This document shows, in pieces, positions 23,511 to 37,069 of a DNA stretch of 64,000 nucleotides. This DNA comes from Mobula birostris (lineage: Eukaryota), in NCBI RefSeq assembly GCF_030028105.1, contig NC_092384.1, positions 64,609,095 through 64,673,094 on the forward strand, read 5' to 3'. Every line of letters begins with the position of its first letter. Position 1 is the stretch's first letter. Position numbers and translations under genes: made by a program. Under the pieces are notes generated by a model. It had not been told where the DNA came from. It worked only from the letters and a program-made list of their open reading frames with translations, and made no database searches.

Positions 23511-26500
23511 TGTCGCGCTGATACGCAACGAGTGAAAGCAACACACTGAGTCAAACAGGGTCTGGTTGAACTGTTTACTGTTTAAATCCGCGCGTGCTTA
23601 AGTGCCCGCTCCCAGCATATCCCGCTCTTTGCGGGGCGGAAGTGACGTCGGCTTCCGGGTCGAGGTCTGCCCCGCACTCAGAGCCCTCTCGGTTGCCACT
23701 GGCTGCAGACTCACCCACGACTGCTGTAGCCAGTTTGCTTGCCGCGTGGGCAAGCCGCCACATGACCCTCCCCCCCCAGAAATGGCGCTAGGAGGTGCAG
23801 AGGCCACAGCCTTCACACTGTCAGTTCTTATAGGTGGCCAGCCTAGTCGTCGTGGGGGTGGCACGACAACCAGGCATTCAAGGTCTAGATGTGCCAGTTT
23901 GAGACAGTCAATGGTAAAAATCTCTTCATGACCGCCGATGTCGAGAACGCAGGTCGTCCCATTATGGCGCACCACCTTGTAGGGTCCTTCGTATGGTCAC
24001 TGCAGGGGTGGTCTGTGCGTGCCTCGGCGAACGAAAACATACTTGCTCTGTTGTAAGTCCTTGGGCACGAAAGAGGGTGTTGTTCTGTGATGGGACATCG
24101 GAACTGGGGCAAGTGTTCCAAGCCGCTCCCGGAGTTTAGTTAGGACCGCCGTAGGTGTGTCCTCCTGGCCACTGGGTGCTGGCACAAACTCACCGGGAAC
24201 TGTGAGTGGGACACCGTAAACAAATTCGGCCAATGATGCAGCCAAGTCCTCCTTGGGTGCCGTGCGGATGCCAAACAGCACCCAGGGGAGTTCGTCAAAC
24301 CAGTCTGGCCCTCGGAGGCGTGCCATCAGGGCTGACTTCAAGTGCCCGTGGAAACGTTCCACCAGGCCGTTAGACTGCGGGTGGTAAGCAGTCGTTCAGT
24401 GGAGCTGGGTTCCGAGGAGTTGTGTCAGTGCAGACCACAAAGCCGATGTGAACTGCACACCCCTGTCTGAAGTGACGTGGGCTGGGAGTCGGAACCGTGC
24501 CACCCAGCTGGTAATCAGAGTTCTGGCGCATATCTCTATGGCCATGTCAACGAGTGAAATAGCTTCTGGCCACCTCGTGAACCTGTCCACCATGGTGAAC
24601 AGGTATCTCGCTCCTCTCGAAACCGGCAGTGGGCCGACGATGTCCACGTGGACTTGTTCAAACCTCCTATGTGTCAGCTGGAAGAGTTGCAGTGGGAACC
24701 TTACGTGCCTCTGGGTTTTGGAGGTTTGACAGTGCATGCATATCCTGGCCCAGTGCCCGACCTGCTTGCGTAGGCCGGGCCACACAAACCTGTCTGCGAT
24801 CAGCCGGATGGTCACCCAGATGGAAGGGTGGGCTAAACCGTGCAAGGCGTCGAAAACGCGGTGCCTCCAAGTAGTCGGGACAATGGGCCGAGATTGCCTG
24901 ATGGACACATTGCAAAGGAGCTCATTACCTTCGGGCCCAATGGGTATGTCTTCGAGGCAGAGTCCTGAGACTGCGGTTTGGTACACCGGCATCTTGCTGT
25001 CCAGTTGTTGCGCCTTAGCAAACGCCACATTATCCACCCCCGGAGACAGAGATTGCACTGATTGGACGGAGGTGCGTACAGCGCGTCAGCTACCACGTTA
25101 TTCTTCCCGGAGATGTGCTTGATCGTGGTGGTAAACTCCAAGATGTATGACAGGTGGCGTCGCCGGCGGCCCGACCACGGGTCTGACACTTTGGCAAACG
25201 CGAAAGTGAGGGGCTTGTGGTCTGTGAAGACCGTGAACTCTCTCCCTTCTAGGAAGTACCTGAAGTGCCGGATGGCAAGGTACAGGGCCAGCAGCTCCCT
25301 GTCGAAAGTGCTGTACTTAAGTTCTGGGGTCGTAGATGCCGGCTGAAAAAAGCGGGTGGCTTCCACTGGCCGTCGATGAGCTGCTCGAGCACGCCGCCAA
25401 CTGCCACGTCGGAGCCATCCACAGTGAGGGCAGTGGGGACGTCGACCCGAGGGTGGACCAGGAGCGTGGCATATGCTAGTATGTTCTTGGCTTGTTCAAA
25501 AGCCTCCGTCGCCTCCTCTGTCCAGGTGACCTCTTTGACCTTGCTGGACATCAAGCCGAAAAGGGGCCGCATGATCCGAGCCGCTGAGGGCAGGAAACGG
25601 TGATAAAGGTTAACCATCCTAACAAATTCCTGCAGGCCTTTAACAGTGCTGGGCCTGGCGAATTGGTGGATGGCCTCAGCTTTCGCCGGCAGAAGAACAG
25701 CTCCATGGCGGTCGATCTGGTGTCCCAAGAAGTCGATGGAGGGTAGGCTGAACTGGCACTTGGCGGGGTTGATTGCCAGGCTGTAGTCGCTTAGGCAGCA
25801 GCAGAGCAGGCGTAAATGTGCTAGATGTTCCTGGCGGGAGCGGCTGGCAATAAGTATGTCATCCAGGTAGATGAACAGAAAGTCCAGATCTCGCCTGACT
25901 GCGTCCATAAGGCACTGGAACATCTGCGCCGTGTTTTTGAGCCCGAGCGGCATCCTGAGGAACTCGAACAGGCCAAAGGGGGTAATGAGGGCCGTCTTGG
26001 GTCCATCATCCGGGTGGACTGGGATCTGATGATCCCCTCGGACCAGATCAATCTTCGAAAAGATGCACGCCCCGTGCGGGTTGGCCGTAAAGTTCTGGAT
26101 GTGTGGTACCGGATAGTGATCGGATGTGGTGGGGTTGTTCAGCCTCCTATAGTCACCGGACGGTCTCCGCCTTCCCGTGGACTTGGGCACCATATGGAGT
26201 GGGGAGGCCCACGGGCTGTCGGAACGCTGCACAATCCCCATCTCCTCCATCTTCTTGAATTCCTCTTTCACAAGGCGGAGCTTGTCGGGCGGTAGCCTGC
26301 GGGCCCGGGCATGAAGGGAAGGTCCCTGTATGGGGATGTGGTACATCACGCCGTGCTTGGGGTCTGTTGAGGAAAACTGCGGCGTGATGATAGATGGGAA
26401 CTCCGATAACACTCTGACGAACTCGTTGTCGGAATAAGTGATGGAGTCCAGCTGCGAGGACAGTAACCTGGCCTCACTGAGGGAGAAAGTCTGGAACGTC

Positions 26501-27788
26501 TTCACATCGACCAATTGTCGTCCCTTCAAATCCACGAGCAGGCAATGCGCGCTGAGCAAGTCCGCACCCAGCAATGGTTGTGATACTGTGGCCAGCGTAA
26601 ATGTCCATGTAAAGCGGCTGGAACCGAACTGCAAGGGGATGGTTCTTGTGCCATAGGTGCAGATGGTGCTGCTGTTGGCTGCCGTAAGTTCCGGTCCTGT
26701 TCTTCTAGTTTGGGTATCGTGGCTCGAGGGGATAGGACGCTGATTTCTGCCCCCGTGTCCACCAGGAATCTACGCCCGGAGTGCTTGTCCCAAACATAGA
26801 GGAGGCTATCACGGCGACCAGCCACCATAGCCATCAGTGACGGCTGGTCCTGGCATTTCCCTGGAAACAAGCATGGCTGTTGGCAGCGGCAGGCCCTGGA
26901 ACCCCCACCTTTGATGATAAAAACACCAAGACTCAGAAGTGGTGCCGTCCCTTGGTGTGGGTGTTACGTGCTCCGCTGCTGGGGTGTGGGAGGGCTGGAC
27001 TTTCGGCTGTGCCGCAGCACTAATTTCGATGGTGGTTCCGCCCGGCAGACACCCTGCGCGGGTCTCTGAAGTCTTCATCTGCTAGCAGGAGGTGGATGTC
27101 TTCTGGCATTTGCTCCAAGAAGGTCTGTTCAAAAAGCAGGCTAGCCTTATGGCCATCTGCCAGCGCTAGCATGTCGCTCATCAGGGTTGATGGCGCGCCG
27201 TCGCCCAGGCCATCCATATGCAGTAACCGCGCGGCCCGTTCGCAGCAAGGGAGGCCAAATGTGCAGATTAACAGGGCCTTGAGTGCCTCCTACCTGTCTG
27301 TTGCAGAAAGTCGATAACGCGGCCTGCTGTCTCCTGGTCGAGGGCACCCACCACGTAGTAATACCTGGTGGCGTCTGAGACAATTTGCCTGACCTGAAAC
27401 TGGGCTTCTGCTTGCTCGAACCAGACCAGGGGTTGAGTGGTCCAGAAGGTTGGCAGTTTAAGGGAAGCTGCATTCTGCAGAGCCGAGTCATTCATGCTGG
27501 GTCCAAATGCTGTTGGACCATCGGGGTCACCAATGTGGTCGTGCTGATATGCAAGGAGTGAAAGCAACACACTGAGTCGACCAGGGTCTGGTTGAACTGT
27601 TCACTGTTTCAACCCGCGCGCGCTTAAGTGCCCGCTCCCAGCATCCCCTGCTCTTTGTGGGGCGGAAGTGATGTCGGCTTCCGGGCCGAGGTCTGCCCCG
27701 CACTCAGAGCCCTCTCGGTTGCCGCTGGCTGTGGACTCGCCCGCGACTGCTGGAGCCGGTTTGCTTGTCGCGTGGGCGAGCTGCCACA
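23511..27788 (-). mobile_element. Full-length, frameshifted Ty3/Gypsy LTR retrotransposon, CsRN1/Kabuki-like clade
   Basis: LTRs 27534-27788 (5') and 23511-23762 (3'), TG..CA ends, 4-bp TSD ATAA. PBS TGGTGACCCCGA (tRNA-Trp) and PPT G-run about 23764-23777. Gag (LKLPTFW..PLVWFEQAEAQF), protease FLVDTGAEISV, RT YLDD, RNase H (YSTFDRELLA..TDHKPL) and integrase (HVDIVGPLP..TSDRG..ERFH) in Gypsy order. Confidence 0.96.
25249..26634 (-). pseudogene. Largest remaining pol fragment (end of protease, RT, start of RNase H) of the Gypsy element
   Basis: 461-aa ORF with SPWASPLHMVPK, DYRRLN, MPLGLKN and IYLDDIL; frameshifts on both sides. Confidence 0.9.
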
Positions 27789-27951
27789 ATAAGCATATTA
27801 ACTATTTACTTACAAACAGTAAAAGATTCGACCAAACATCTGTTCCCTCAAGTCACACAAACTACAAAACTAAATATTCAACAAACAGATACTTAGTTAA
27901 AAGCGCACGCGGAGCATACCTTCCCGATGATCTGTGAGGCATGTTTTAGAG

Positions 27952-27954
<3 letters not shown>

Positions 27955-27982
<28 letters not shown>
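27955..27982. repeat. (GA)n microsatellite
   Basis: Direct inspection. Confidence 0.9.
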
Positions 27983-27986
<4 letters not shown>

Positions 27987-28912
27987 AGAGTATAATATTC
28001 TTTACAGGCAGGGTAGTAATTGTATCTAATGACCAAAGAGTTGAGAACTAGATGATCTAGATTTAAGGTGATTGGTTGAAAGAACTACAAGCAAATCTCT
28101 AAATTAAGTTAAATTAAATGTGTGAAAAACTGTTCTGTTTTCGTAATGTGTCAGATTTGGAATAGCCTAGAAATAGTGCCTACATAAAAACTTGAAAGAC
28201 GAAAAGCTGCTGAGATGCAGAGAAAGAAGAAGGTATTGAAATAACTGGATTAATTTTCAGGATTGCCAGCAATGTCTACCAGCCTCTGGCTCGCTGCTGC
28301 CAGAGAAGGTGCCTGCGTGTGGTGGTCTCACACTCTCTTTTGCTCGCTGCTCCAGAGGGAAAGTCTTTCCATCCAAGTGATCTCTCTCTTCCTCGACGTT
28401 GTCAGCAGATGGTGCCGGAGCAAAGTTTAATCGATGCAGATTGTAGATTTGTACTGTAATTCAGTTTTTATGATGTGTTCTATTTCTAGTTCGAGTTCTG
28501 GTTGCCCTTTTTTTGTTACAACTGTTGGGCGATTTTTGAATGGGGTGGCTTGAGGATGATGAACCCCGAGCTGAACTGTACTGAAATATGCCTTCTGTTT
28601 TAATCTTCTGTGGCTTCGATTGTTTTTTGCCATTGCATGACTCTTTTTGCACATGGGGGGGAGGGGGTGTTGATGTTTTTCTTTGGGCAGGTTGGTTCCA
28701 TGGATCTTCTTTGTTTTGTGGTTGTCTGTGGAGAATACAAATTTCAGGGTTGTATATTGCACACATACTTGGATAATAAATGTACTGTGAACTTTGAACA
28801 ACCTCAGCAAATTGGCCTCCTTCTCTGCTGCACTAGTCAGTATTATATAACACCTACATGAGTTAAGGCTACATCCTTCATGCAGTACATACCGTCAGAT
28901 ACTATATTCATA

Positions 28913-29458
28913 CACTGAGTCACAATGTTTTTTAGGTACACCAGTAAACCTGCTCCTTAATACAAATATCTAATCAGTCACTTGGGGCAGCAATTCAATG
29001 CATAAGAGCATGTAGATATGGTAAAGAGGTTCATTTGTTGTTTAGACCAAACATCAGAATGGGGAAGAAATGTGATCTAAGTGACTTTGACTGTGGAATG
29101 ATAGTGCCAAACGGGGTGGTTTGAGATCTTGGAAACTGCTGATCTCCTAGGATTTTCATGCACAACAGTTGCTAGAATTTACAGAGAATGGTGCGAAAAC
29201 CTCAAAAACATCCAGTGAGTGGCAGATCTGTGGTGAAAATGCCTTGCTAATAAGAGAGGTGAGAGGAGAATGGCCAAACTAGCTCAAGCTGTCAGGAAGG
29301 TGACAGTAACACAAATAGCCACGCGTTACATCAGTGGTATGCAGAAGAGCATCTCAAGGCTTAAAGTGGATGGGCTACAGCAGCAGAAGAACGTAAACAT
29401 ACACTCATTGGTCACTTTTTTAGGTACAGGAGGTACTTAATAAAGTGTTTACTGAGTG
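28913..29458 (+). mobile_element. Non-autonomous Tc1/mariner element with N-terminal transposase remnant
   Basis: TA flanks, degenerate TIRs CACTCAGTGGCCACTTTATTAGGTAC, remnant MGKKCDLSDFDCGMIV. An extra internal TIR copy is at about 29402. Confidence 0.7.
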
Positions 29459-30681
29459 TATCTAACCATTGCTTATTAATGTATAATAATACTACTCAGT
29501 ATTACATGAGCATAGTATCTAATTGTACATGCTGAATGAAGGACATAACATTTTGCATTAGTGAGTATTATACACTTCATTTTGCATATACTCAGATCCA
29601 AGATACAGCTTGCATAATTAGATATTCAACAACTAGAAATGGTAAGTAATGAGGTTAACAAGATAACCTCATTGCTGCTCCACTGTAAAATCTCTTCGAT
29701 GGATGTCTTCGACAGATGCTGCCTGAATTGCTGAGTTCCTTAAAGCATTTAGTGTGTTTTGCTTTGTATTTCCAGCATCTGCAGAATTTCCCTGTGTTTA
29801 TGATTTGCCGATCACTGCGAAGTCTCTTCAAGGGATCCCCAACCTGAATTTCCGTAGATCCTGTCTGACTTGCTGGGTTCCTCCAGCATTTTAAGTGTTT
29901 AACCTCTCCAGATATACTTGAAACAGCAGTGTTGCTAAAACAGAAATGCGTGGAGGAGACTGCCACAAATGGCTTGGATTGTATTACAAATATATTGTAG
30001 CAATATACTACATTGATTTGTTTGCGTAGTTGACTTATCTGTATTTTACAAGGTGCCTAAGTAATTGAGACCATCTCATGTCCATCTAGCTGGCTAAGTT
30101 TCAGATCATTTGTTTTTGTAAGAGACATCAGTTCTGGAAAATGGAATTCTTTGTTTAACTTCCAAAGATTATTTGCTCTATTTCAGAAATACTTGGCAGA
30201 AGCTTAAAAGGAAGTTGCCTACAATACATCTTTAATTAGGCTGGGATAAAAACCAGATGTTCTTCAAGGAAACTGTCTAAATCATTGTTTAGCAGCTAAA
30301 AGCAAAAAGGTTTTGAAAATGGTTTGGATCATATTGAAGTCATGTAAATTGTATTTGTGTTGAATTAATTAAGCCCCAAGATATTGTCCGGATTAATTTT
30401 GTGGTAATTACTTACAATAGTAAGAACCTACTCTACAGGTTGACATCCACCTTGAAGTATTTCTAAATGATGCAGTGTTTTGGTTATAAATAAAAATAGC
30501 AATTGTTGAGATAGTACAGAAAATTTGTTCAAAGGCAGGTTTTGTAGAAGAGACATGAAGAGAGGGTAATTGTGGAGCATGGATGTATTGCTGTTAATGA
30601 CAGATTGAAAGGCAGTGGTGATGCGCATGAGATCACAATGTTGGGTGCAGAGGTGGATTTGGGGCTGGGAGAGGTTATTTG

Positions 30682-30880
30682 TTGTTCCTCTCCACGCCTT
30701 GTGGCACATCGGGAGGCTACCTTGCAGTTTATTTAGCATTTGTCTGTTTTTTACGAGGCTACGTCGCTAGCTGGACGATCAACCCAGCACGGGGGAAAAC
30801 ATACGTGGAGCTGGCCAGATTTAAACCCAGGACCACTCATCTCAAAGTCCTGTGTGGATGCTACTCCACCACCGGCCAGC
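30682..30880 (-). mobile_element. tRNA-derived SINE of a second family
   Basis: Minus-strand head with box A-like GGTGGTGGAGTAG and box B-like GGTTTAAATC, and an A-rich tail. Confidence 0.5.
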
Positions 30881-33800
30881 TGAGGCAAGGCTATAGAGAT
30901 AGGAATTGGTGTTTTTAAGACACTAAGACTATAAGACAAAGGAGCAAAATTACCCCATTCAGCCCATCATGGATCCCACTCAATCCCTGACACTTAACTT
31001 CTCGCCATATCCTTTGATGCCCTGATCAGTCAGGAAATGATCAAATTCCACCTTAAGTATATGAAAGGACTTAGCCTCCACCACAGTCTGTGGTAGAACA
31101 TTCAACAGATTTACTACTCTATGGCTAAAAATATTCCTCCTTACTTTTGTTCTAAAGGGTCACCCCTCAATTTTGAGGCTGTGCCCTCTAGTTCTGGATA
31201 ACCCCACCATAGGAAACATCCTCTCCACATCCAGCTTCTTTAGTCCTTTCTACATTTGGTAGGTTTCAATGAGATCTGCCTGCATTCTTCTAAATTTCTG
31301 TGAGTACAGATCCAAAGCTGCCAAATGCTCCTCATGTGCTAATCCCTTCATTTCCAGAATCATCCTCGTGAATCTCCTCTGGACTCTCTCCAATGCCAAC
31401 ACATCCTTTCTGAAATGTGGGGCCTAAGACTGTTGGCAGGGGTCCAAATGCGCCTGACTAGTGTCTTGTAAAGGTTCAGTTTTGATTAGTGTCTTAGTTA
31501 AGGTCATCACAGTTAAAACCTTCCCCACCATTGAATACAATTACATGGAGCACTGCCACAAAAAAGCAGAATCCATCATCAACAATCCACCCAGGCCATG
31601 ACCTCTTTTTGCTGCCACCATCAGCAGGAGGTACAGGAGCCTTAGATCACATACCACCAGATTCAAGATCAGTAATTATCCTACAACCATCAGGCTCCTC
31701 CACTACTCTCAACTGACTGTACAATTGACAGATCACATACCTACATGAGCATGAGTTACAATGCTTACCTGAGAACACCACTGTGAAAAGAGTTCTTGTG
31801 CTAGAATACAAGTTATTAAACTTGGTTAGAATGAGGCACTTAAATGAACCTTCAAAGAAGCGAGAATGAATAGCAACACCGTATGCTAATGAATGGAAGA
31901 TAACAATGTTTTGATGTGATTTTATGGGGGAAGTAGGAAGTGGAGCAAAGTAGCTTGGAGTATCCCCTACTAGCGGAAAAGAGGTCAGAAGCTAATATTA
32001 ACTAAGAGGACATGATAAAAGGGAGGAAGGAAAAAAGTGCCAACATGACCCCTGAGAAATGGTGCAACAATACTATCACAGTGAGTTGATGAGGAGCATG
32101 TAACGTTGGATTAACAGAGAAAAGGGTCAGTTTGAACTCGCAGATTGAAGGAAAAGAGAACTGTGTGGATTTCGGAATTACAGCAGAGCTTTGATCTGGA
32201 AGTGTGGCCACTGAAGTAATTCCAAAATTAATGGCCTGGTTGTTCTTCAGGAGATGTGGGAAACAATGTCATCTCCTTTGATGTATTTCCAGATCTTGGC
32301 ATGTTCCTCGAGTGCTAAGTAATTGACTTGTAGCAACAAGTCAAATATTTTCAAATTCAACTTCACAAATTCAGGATACTCAAAGAAAACTTTTTCACCC
32401 CACCCTCACAGCCATGTTCTTAGTAAATGATATCAAATATACAGCTATGATGTTAACTTTTTTTTATATGTTCCTCATATATTTCTATTGTAATCCAGCA
32501 GTAGGGCAGCTAATTTACTGTCTTATATATATATATATGGATAGCAGCCAGAATATAAATCAACTCAATACGTAACCTCACAGCAAAGCAAATCACCCAC
32601 CCCAGCCTTAGTATCATTTTAGGAAACCAAACATGCTTTAAAGAGAGTATGTCAGAAGCATCAGACGCATCAAAAAAATGAAGGGCCAAACTAATTAAGT
32701 GTATAAAATGATGAGGGGTATAGATAGGGTAAAAGTCAGCAGGCTTCTTCCACTGAGGAGAGAAAATCTGAAGATGCTGGAAATCAAAGTAATATAGACA
32801 AAATGCTGGAGGAACTCAGCAGATCAGGCAGTATCTATGGAAAAGAGTAAGCGTTTCTATGGGCATACTCAACAAATCTATAGAATAGTAACTATAACAG
32901 GATTAATGCAAGACCGCCCATCTAGGGCGTTCAACCAACTTTATAGATGCAAATATAAATAAATAATAATAAATAAGACCATAAGATATAGGAGCAGAAT
33001 TAAGCCTTTCGGCCCATTGAGTCTGCTCCACCATCTCATCATGGCTGATCCAATTTTCCTTTCAGCCACAATCTCTGCCTTCTCGCCATATCCCTTCATG
33101 CTCTGACCAATCAAGAATCTATCAACCTCTGCCTCAAATATACAGAACGACATGGCCTCCACAGCCGCCTGTGGCAAAGAATTCCACTGATTCGCCGTTC
33201 TCTAGCTAAAGAAATTCTTCCTAACCTCTTTTCTAAAAGGACGCCCCTCTATTCTGAGGCTGTGCCTTCTGGTCTTAGACTCTCTCACCATAGGAAACAT
33301 CCTCTGTATATCCACTCTATCAAGACCTTTCACCATTTGATAGGTTTCAATTAGGTCACCCCTTATTCTTCTGAATTCTAGTGGCCAGGGCCATCAAAGG
33401 CTCTTCATATGAAAAGCCATTCAATTCTGGAATCATTTTTGTGAATTTCCTTTGAACCCTCTCCATTTTCGGTATATCCTTTCTAAGATAAGGAACCCAA
33501 GACTGCTCGCAATACTCCAAGTGAGGCCTCATCACTGCTTTATAAAGACTCAGCATTACATCCTTGTTTTTATATTCTTGTCCTCTTGAAAAGAATGCTA
33601 ACATCGCATTTGCCTTCCTCATTACCAACTCAATCTGCAAATTAACATTTAGGGAATCCTGCACAAGGACTCACAAGTCCCTTTGGACCTCAATTTTTTT
33701 ATATTTTCTCTCCATTTAGAAAACAGTCAACCCTTTAATTTCTTGTACCAAAGTGCATGACCATACGTTTCCCAACATGGTGTTCCATCTGCACATTCTT

Positions 33801-34160
33801 CTAATCTGTCTAAGTCCTTCTGTAGCCTCTCTATTTCTTCAAGGCTACGTGCCCCTCCAGCTATCTTCAAATAATCTGCAAATGTTGCAACAAAACCATC
33901 AATTCCATCATCTCCTCCTCCCTCAGTACCATTCATGGCCTCAAACAGTCCTATCACCCCATAGCACTCACACCTACGGTGATGAAATGCTTTGAGAGGT
34001 TGGTCATGATTAGACCGAACTCCTGCCTCAGCAAGGACCTGGAGCCATTGCAATTTGCCTGTTGCCACAATAGGTCAATGGAAGATGCAACCTCAATGGC
34101 TGTTCACATGGCTTTAGACCACCTGGACAACACAAACACCTATGTCAGGATGCTGTATAT

Positions 34161-35430
34161 CAGCGGTCCCCAAACGCTGGGCCGCGGACCTGTACCGGGC
34201 CACGAGGAAACGATATGATTTGGCGATATGAAATTATATGAGTCAGCTGCACCTTTCCTCATTCCCTGTCACGCCGACTGTTGAACTTTAACGCATGCGA
34301 GGTCATCAGTGACCCAAGACACAAATGACCCAAGACGTGCAAAGGAATGGGTCCGTGACCCATTTGTGAATGTCCCTGGTGAATCTTCCATGTCAGCGCC
34401 GGAAAAAGATGAATTCCTCGAGCTTGCAAATGACGGTGGGCTGAAAAGTATGTTTGATATAACATCTCTGCCGGCATTCTGGATCAAAGTCAAGGCTGAA
34501 TACACCAAGATAGCTATGAAAGCACTGAAAACGTCGCTTCCATTTCCAACATCATATCGCTGCGAAGCGGAGTTTTCTGCTATGAATGCAATGAAAACTA
34601 AATTGCGGAATAGACTGGACATAAGGAACCCCCTTTGAGTATTGCTGTCTCCCATCTCCCCTGATGGGACCATCTTGTTGCAGGGAAACAAGCCCAGGGC
34701 TCCCACAGATTCAGCGATATTGGTGTGTTGCAATGATTTTATATGTTCATACCAGGAAAATATGCGTTTTGTGTTTAATAACCGAACGTTACTTAAAATG
34801 TTATGATGCTATTGCCTTATAAGTGACTTATAATTCAGTGGTCCCTAGCCTTCGGGCCGCGAAGAATGCAGCAGTACAGCGGTAGCCAGAACGCACCCAG
34901 CACATCTTTGAGAAAAAAGCCGAAATAAACAAGCTAATTGATTAGGTGCTACCCGGCACGTAAATGTCGGCCCAGATCAGAGACGCTTGCGGATTGCGTC
35001 ACCTCTGATCTGGGCCAATATTTACGTGCCGGGCAGCACCTAATCAGTTAGCTTGTTTATTTCAGCTTTTTTTTTAAAGATGTGCTGGGTGCGTTCGGGC
35101 TACCGCTGCAACATTGCATTCTTCACAGCAATGTATCGGTCCGCGGCCCAGAGGTTGGGAACCACTGTTGTAATTGACTTATCACTACATTCATGCGAGG
35201 AAAATATGCGCTGTGTGTTTAATATTAAATTCATTAGATAAACCCCTTTAGAAACGAAATTGAGTGTATTAGCCACTGATAAGTGACTTATCACCTATAT
35301 TTCGGTCGTGATTTACACCCACCCCATCAGGCCCCACCCCACCAGGCCCCCCCCCCCGGGGTTGGTCGGTCCACAAGAATACTGTCAATACTAAAACGGT
35401 CCGCGGTGCAAAAAAGGTTGGGGACCCCTG
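34161..35430 (+). mobile_element. hAT Charlie/Buster-type deletion derivative with C-terminal transposase remnant
   Basis: TIRs CAGCGGTCCCCAA..TTGGGGACCCCTG, exact 8-bp TSD CTGTATAT. ORF 34309-34638 (WVRDPF..FWIKVKAEY..LPFPTSYRCE..KTKLRNRL) is the hAT dimerisation domain. Confidence 0.93.
34836..35167. mobile_element. Palindromic (fold-back) hAT MITE nested in the Charlie element
   Basis: TIRs CAGTGGTCCC..GGGAACCACTG, TSD ttataatt/ttgtaatt, long internal inverted arms centred near 34990. Confidence 0.88.
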
Positions 35431-37033
35431 CTGTATATCGACAATAGCTCAGCATTTAATACCATCATTCCCAGAATCCTGATTGAGAAGTTACAGAACC
35501 TGGGCCTCTGTACCTCCCCCTGCAATTGGATCCTTGACTTCCTAACCGGAAGACGACAATCTGTGCAGATTGGTGATAACATCTCTTCCTCGCTGACGAT
35601 CAACACTGGTACACCTCAGGGGTGTGTGCTTAGCCCAATGCTCTACTCTCTCTATACTCATGACTGTGTGGCTAGCCATAGCTCAAATACTATCTATAAA
35701 TTTGCTGACGATACAACCATTGTTGGTAGAATCTCAGGTAGTGACCAGAAGGCGTACAGGAGCGAGATATGTCAGCTAGTGGAATGCTGTTGCAGCAACA
35801 ACCTGGCACTCAAAGTCAGTAAGAAGAAAGAGCTGATTGTAGACTTCAGGAAGGGTAAGATGAAGGAAAACATACCAATCCTCATAGAGGGATTAGAAGT
35901 GGAGAGAGTGAGCAGCTTCAAGTTCCTGGGTGTCAAGATCTCTGAGGATCTAACCTGGTCCCAACATACCTATGCAGTTATAAAGAAGGCAAGACAGCGA
36001 CTATACTTCATTAGAAGTTTGAAGAGATTTGGTATGTAAATAAATGCACTCAAAAGCTTCTGTAGATGTACTGTGCAGAACATTCTGACATCACTGTCCA
36101 GTATGGGGGGAGGGGGCTACTGCACAGGACCGAAGGAGACTGTGGAGGGTTGTAAATTTATTCCGCTCCATCTTGGGTACTAGCTTACAAAGTACCCAGG
36201 ACATCTTCAAGGAGTGGTGTCTCAGAAAGGCAGCGTCCATTATTAAGGACCTTCAGCACAAACGACATGCCCTTTTCTCACTGTTACCGTCAGGTAGGAG
36301 GTACAGAAGCCTGAAGGCACACACTCAGTGATTCAGGAACAGCTTCTTCCCCTCTGCCATCTGATTCCCAAATGGACATTGAACCCTCGAACACTACTCA
36401 CTTTTTTAATATATATTATTTCTGTTTTTTGCACTATTTTTAATCTACTCAATATACATACACTGTAATTGATTTATTTATTTATTATTATTATTTTCTT
36501 CTATATTATGTATTGCATTGAACTGCTGCTGCTAAGTTAATAAATTTCACAACGCATGCCAGTGATAATAAACCTGATTCTGATTCTGAACTTCCCAGCT
36601 CTTTACCTCACCCCTCCCCCTCCTGGTTTCACCTATCACCTTGTGTTTTTTGCTCCCCTCCCCTCAGCTTCTAACTCTATTCCTCATTTTTTTTTTCTCC
36701 TAGTCCCGCTGAATGGTCTTGGCCCGAAACAGCGACTGTACTATTTTCCATAGATGCTGTCTAGCTTGCTGAGTTCTTCCAGCATTTTGTGGGCATTGCC
36801 TGGATTTCCAGCATCTGCAGATTTTCTCTTGTTAATTCCATCATTTGAATCATTGACATATAACATAAAAAGAAACAGTCCCAACACAGACTCCTGTGGA
36901 ACACCACTAGTCACCAGCAACCAACCAGAAAAAGCTAACAACAGGAATTCTGCAGATGTTGGAAATTCAAGCAACACTCATCAAAGTTGCTGGTGAATGC
37001 AGCAGGCCAGGCAGCATCTCTAGGAAGAGGTAC

Positions 37034-37069
37034 AGTCGACATTTCAGGCCGAGACCCTTCGTCAGGACT
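37034..37069 (-). ncRNA. Minimal type I hammerhead ribozyme motif in the Penelope 3' repeat
   Basis: AGTC CTGACGA AGGGTCTCGGCCT GAAAT GTC GACT: stem I AGTC/GACT, CUGANGA, stem II, GAAA, GUC triplet. The CpG of GAAAC-GTC has decayed to T in this copy. Confidence 0.7.

Larger units (their letters stand above)
33950..36588 (+). mobile_element. Rex1/Babar-type LINE, 5'-truncated, interrupted by a hAT element
   Basis: MKCFERLV..PLQFA..VRMLY|[34 protein letters not shown], and 3' tail aataaacctgattctgattctga. Confidence 0.9.

Noticed and set aside
23594-27937. Many plus-strand ORFs over the Gypsy element
   Set aside because: Antisense shadows of GC-rich gag-pol and LTR sequence.
34309-34638. ZBED/Buster-like domesticated gene
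   Set aside because: Only a C-terminal fragment with stops, inside TIRs and TSD, and present twice; a transposon remnant.
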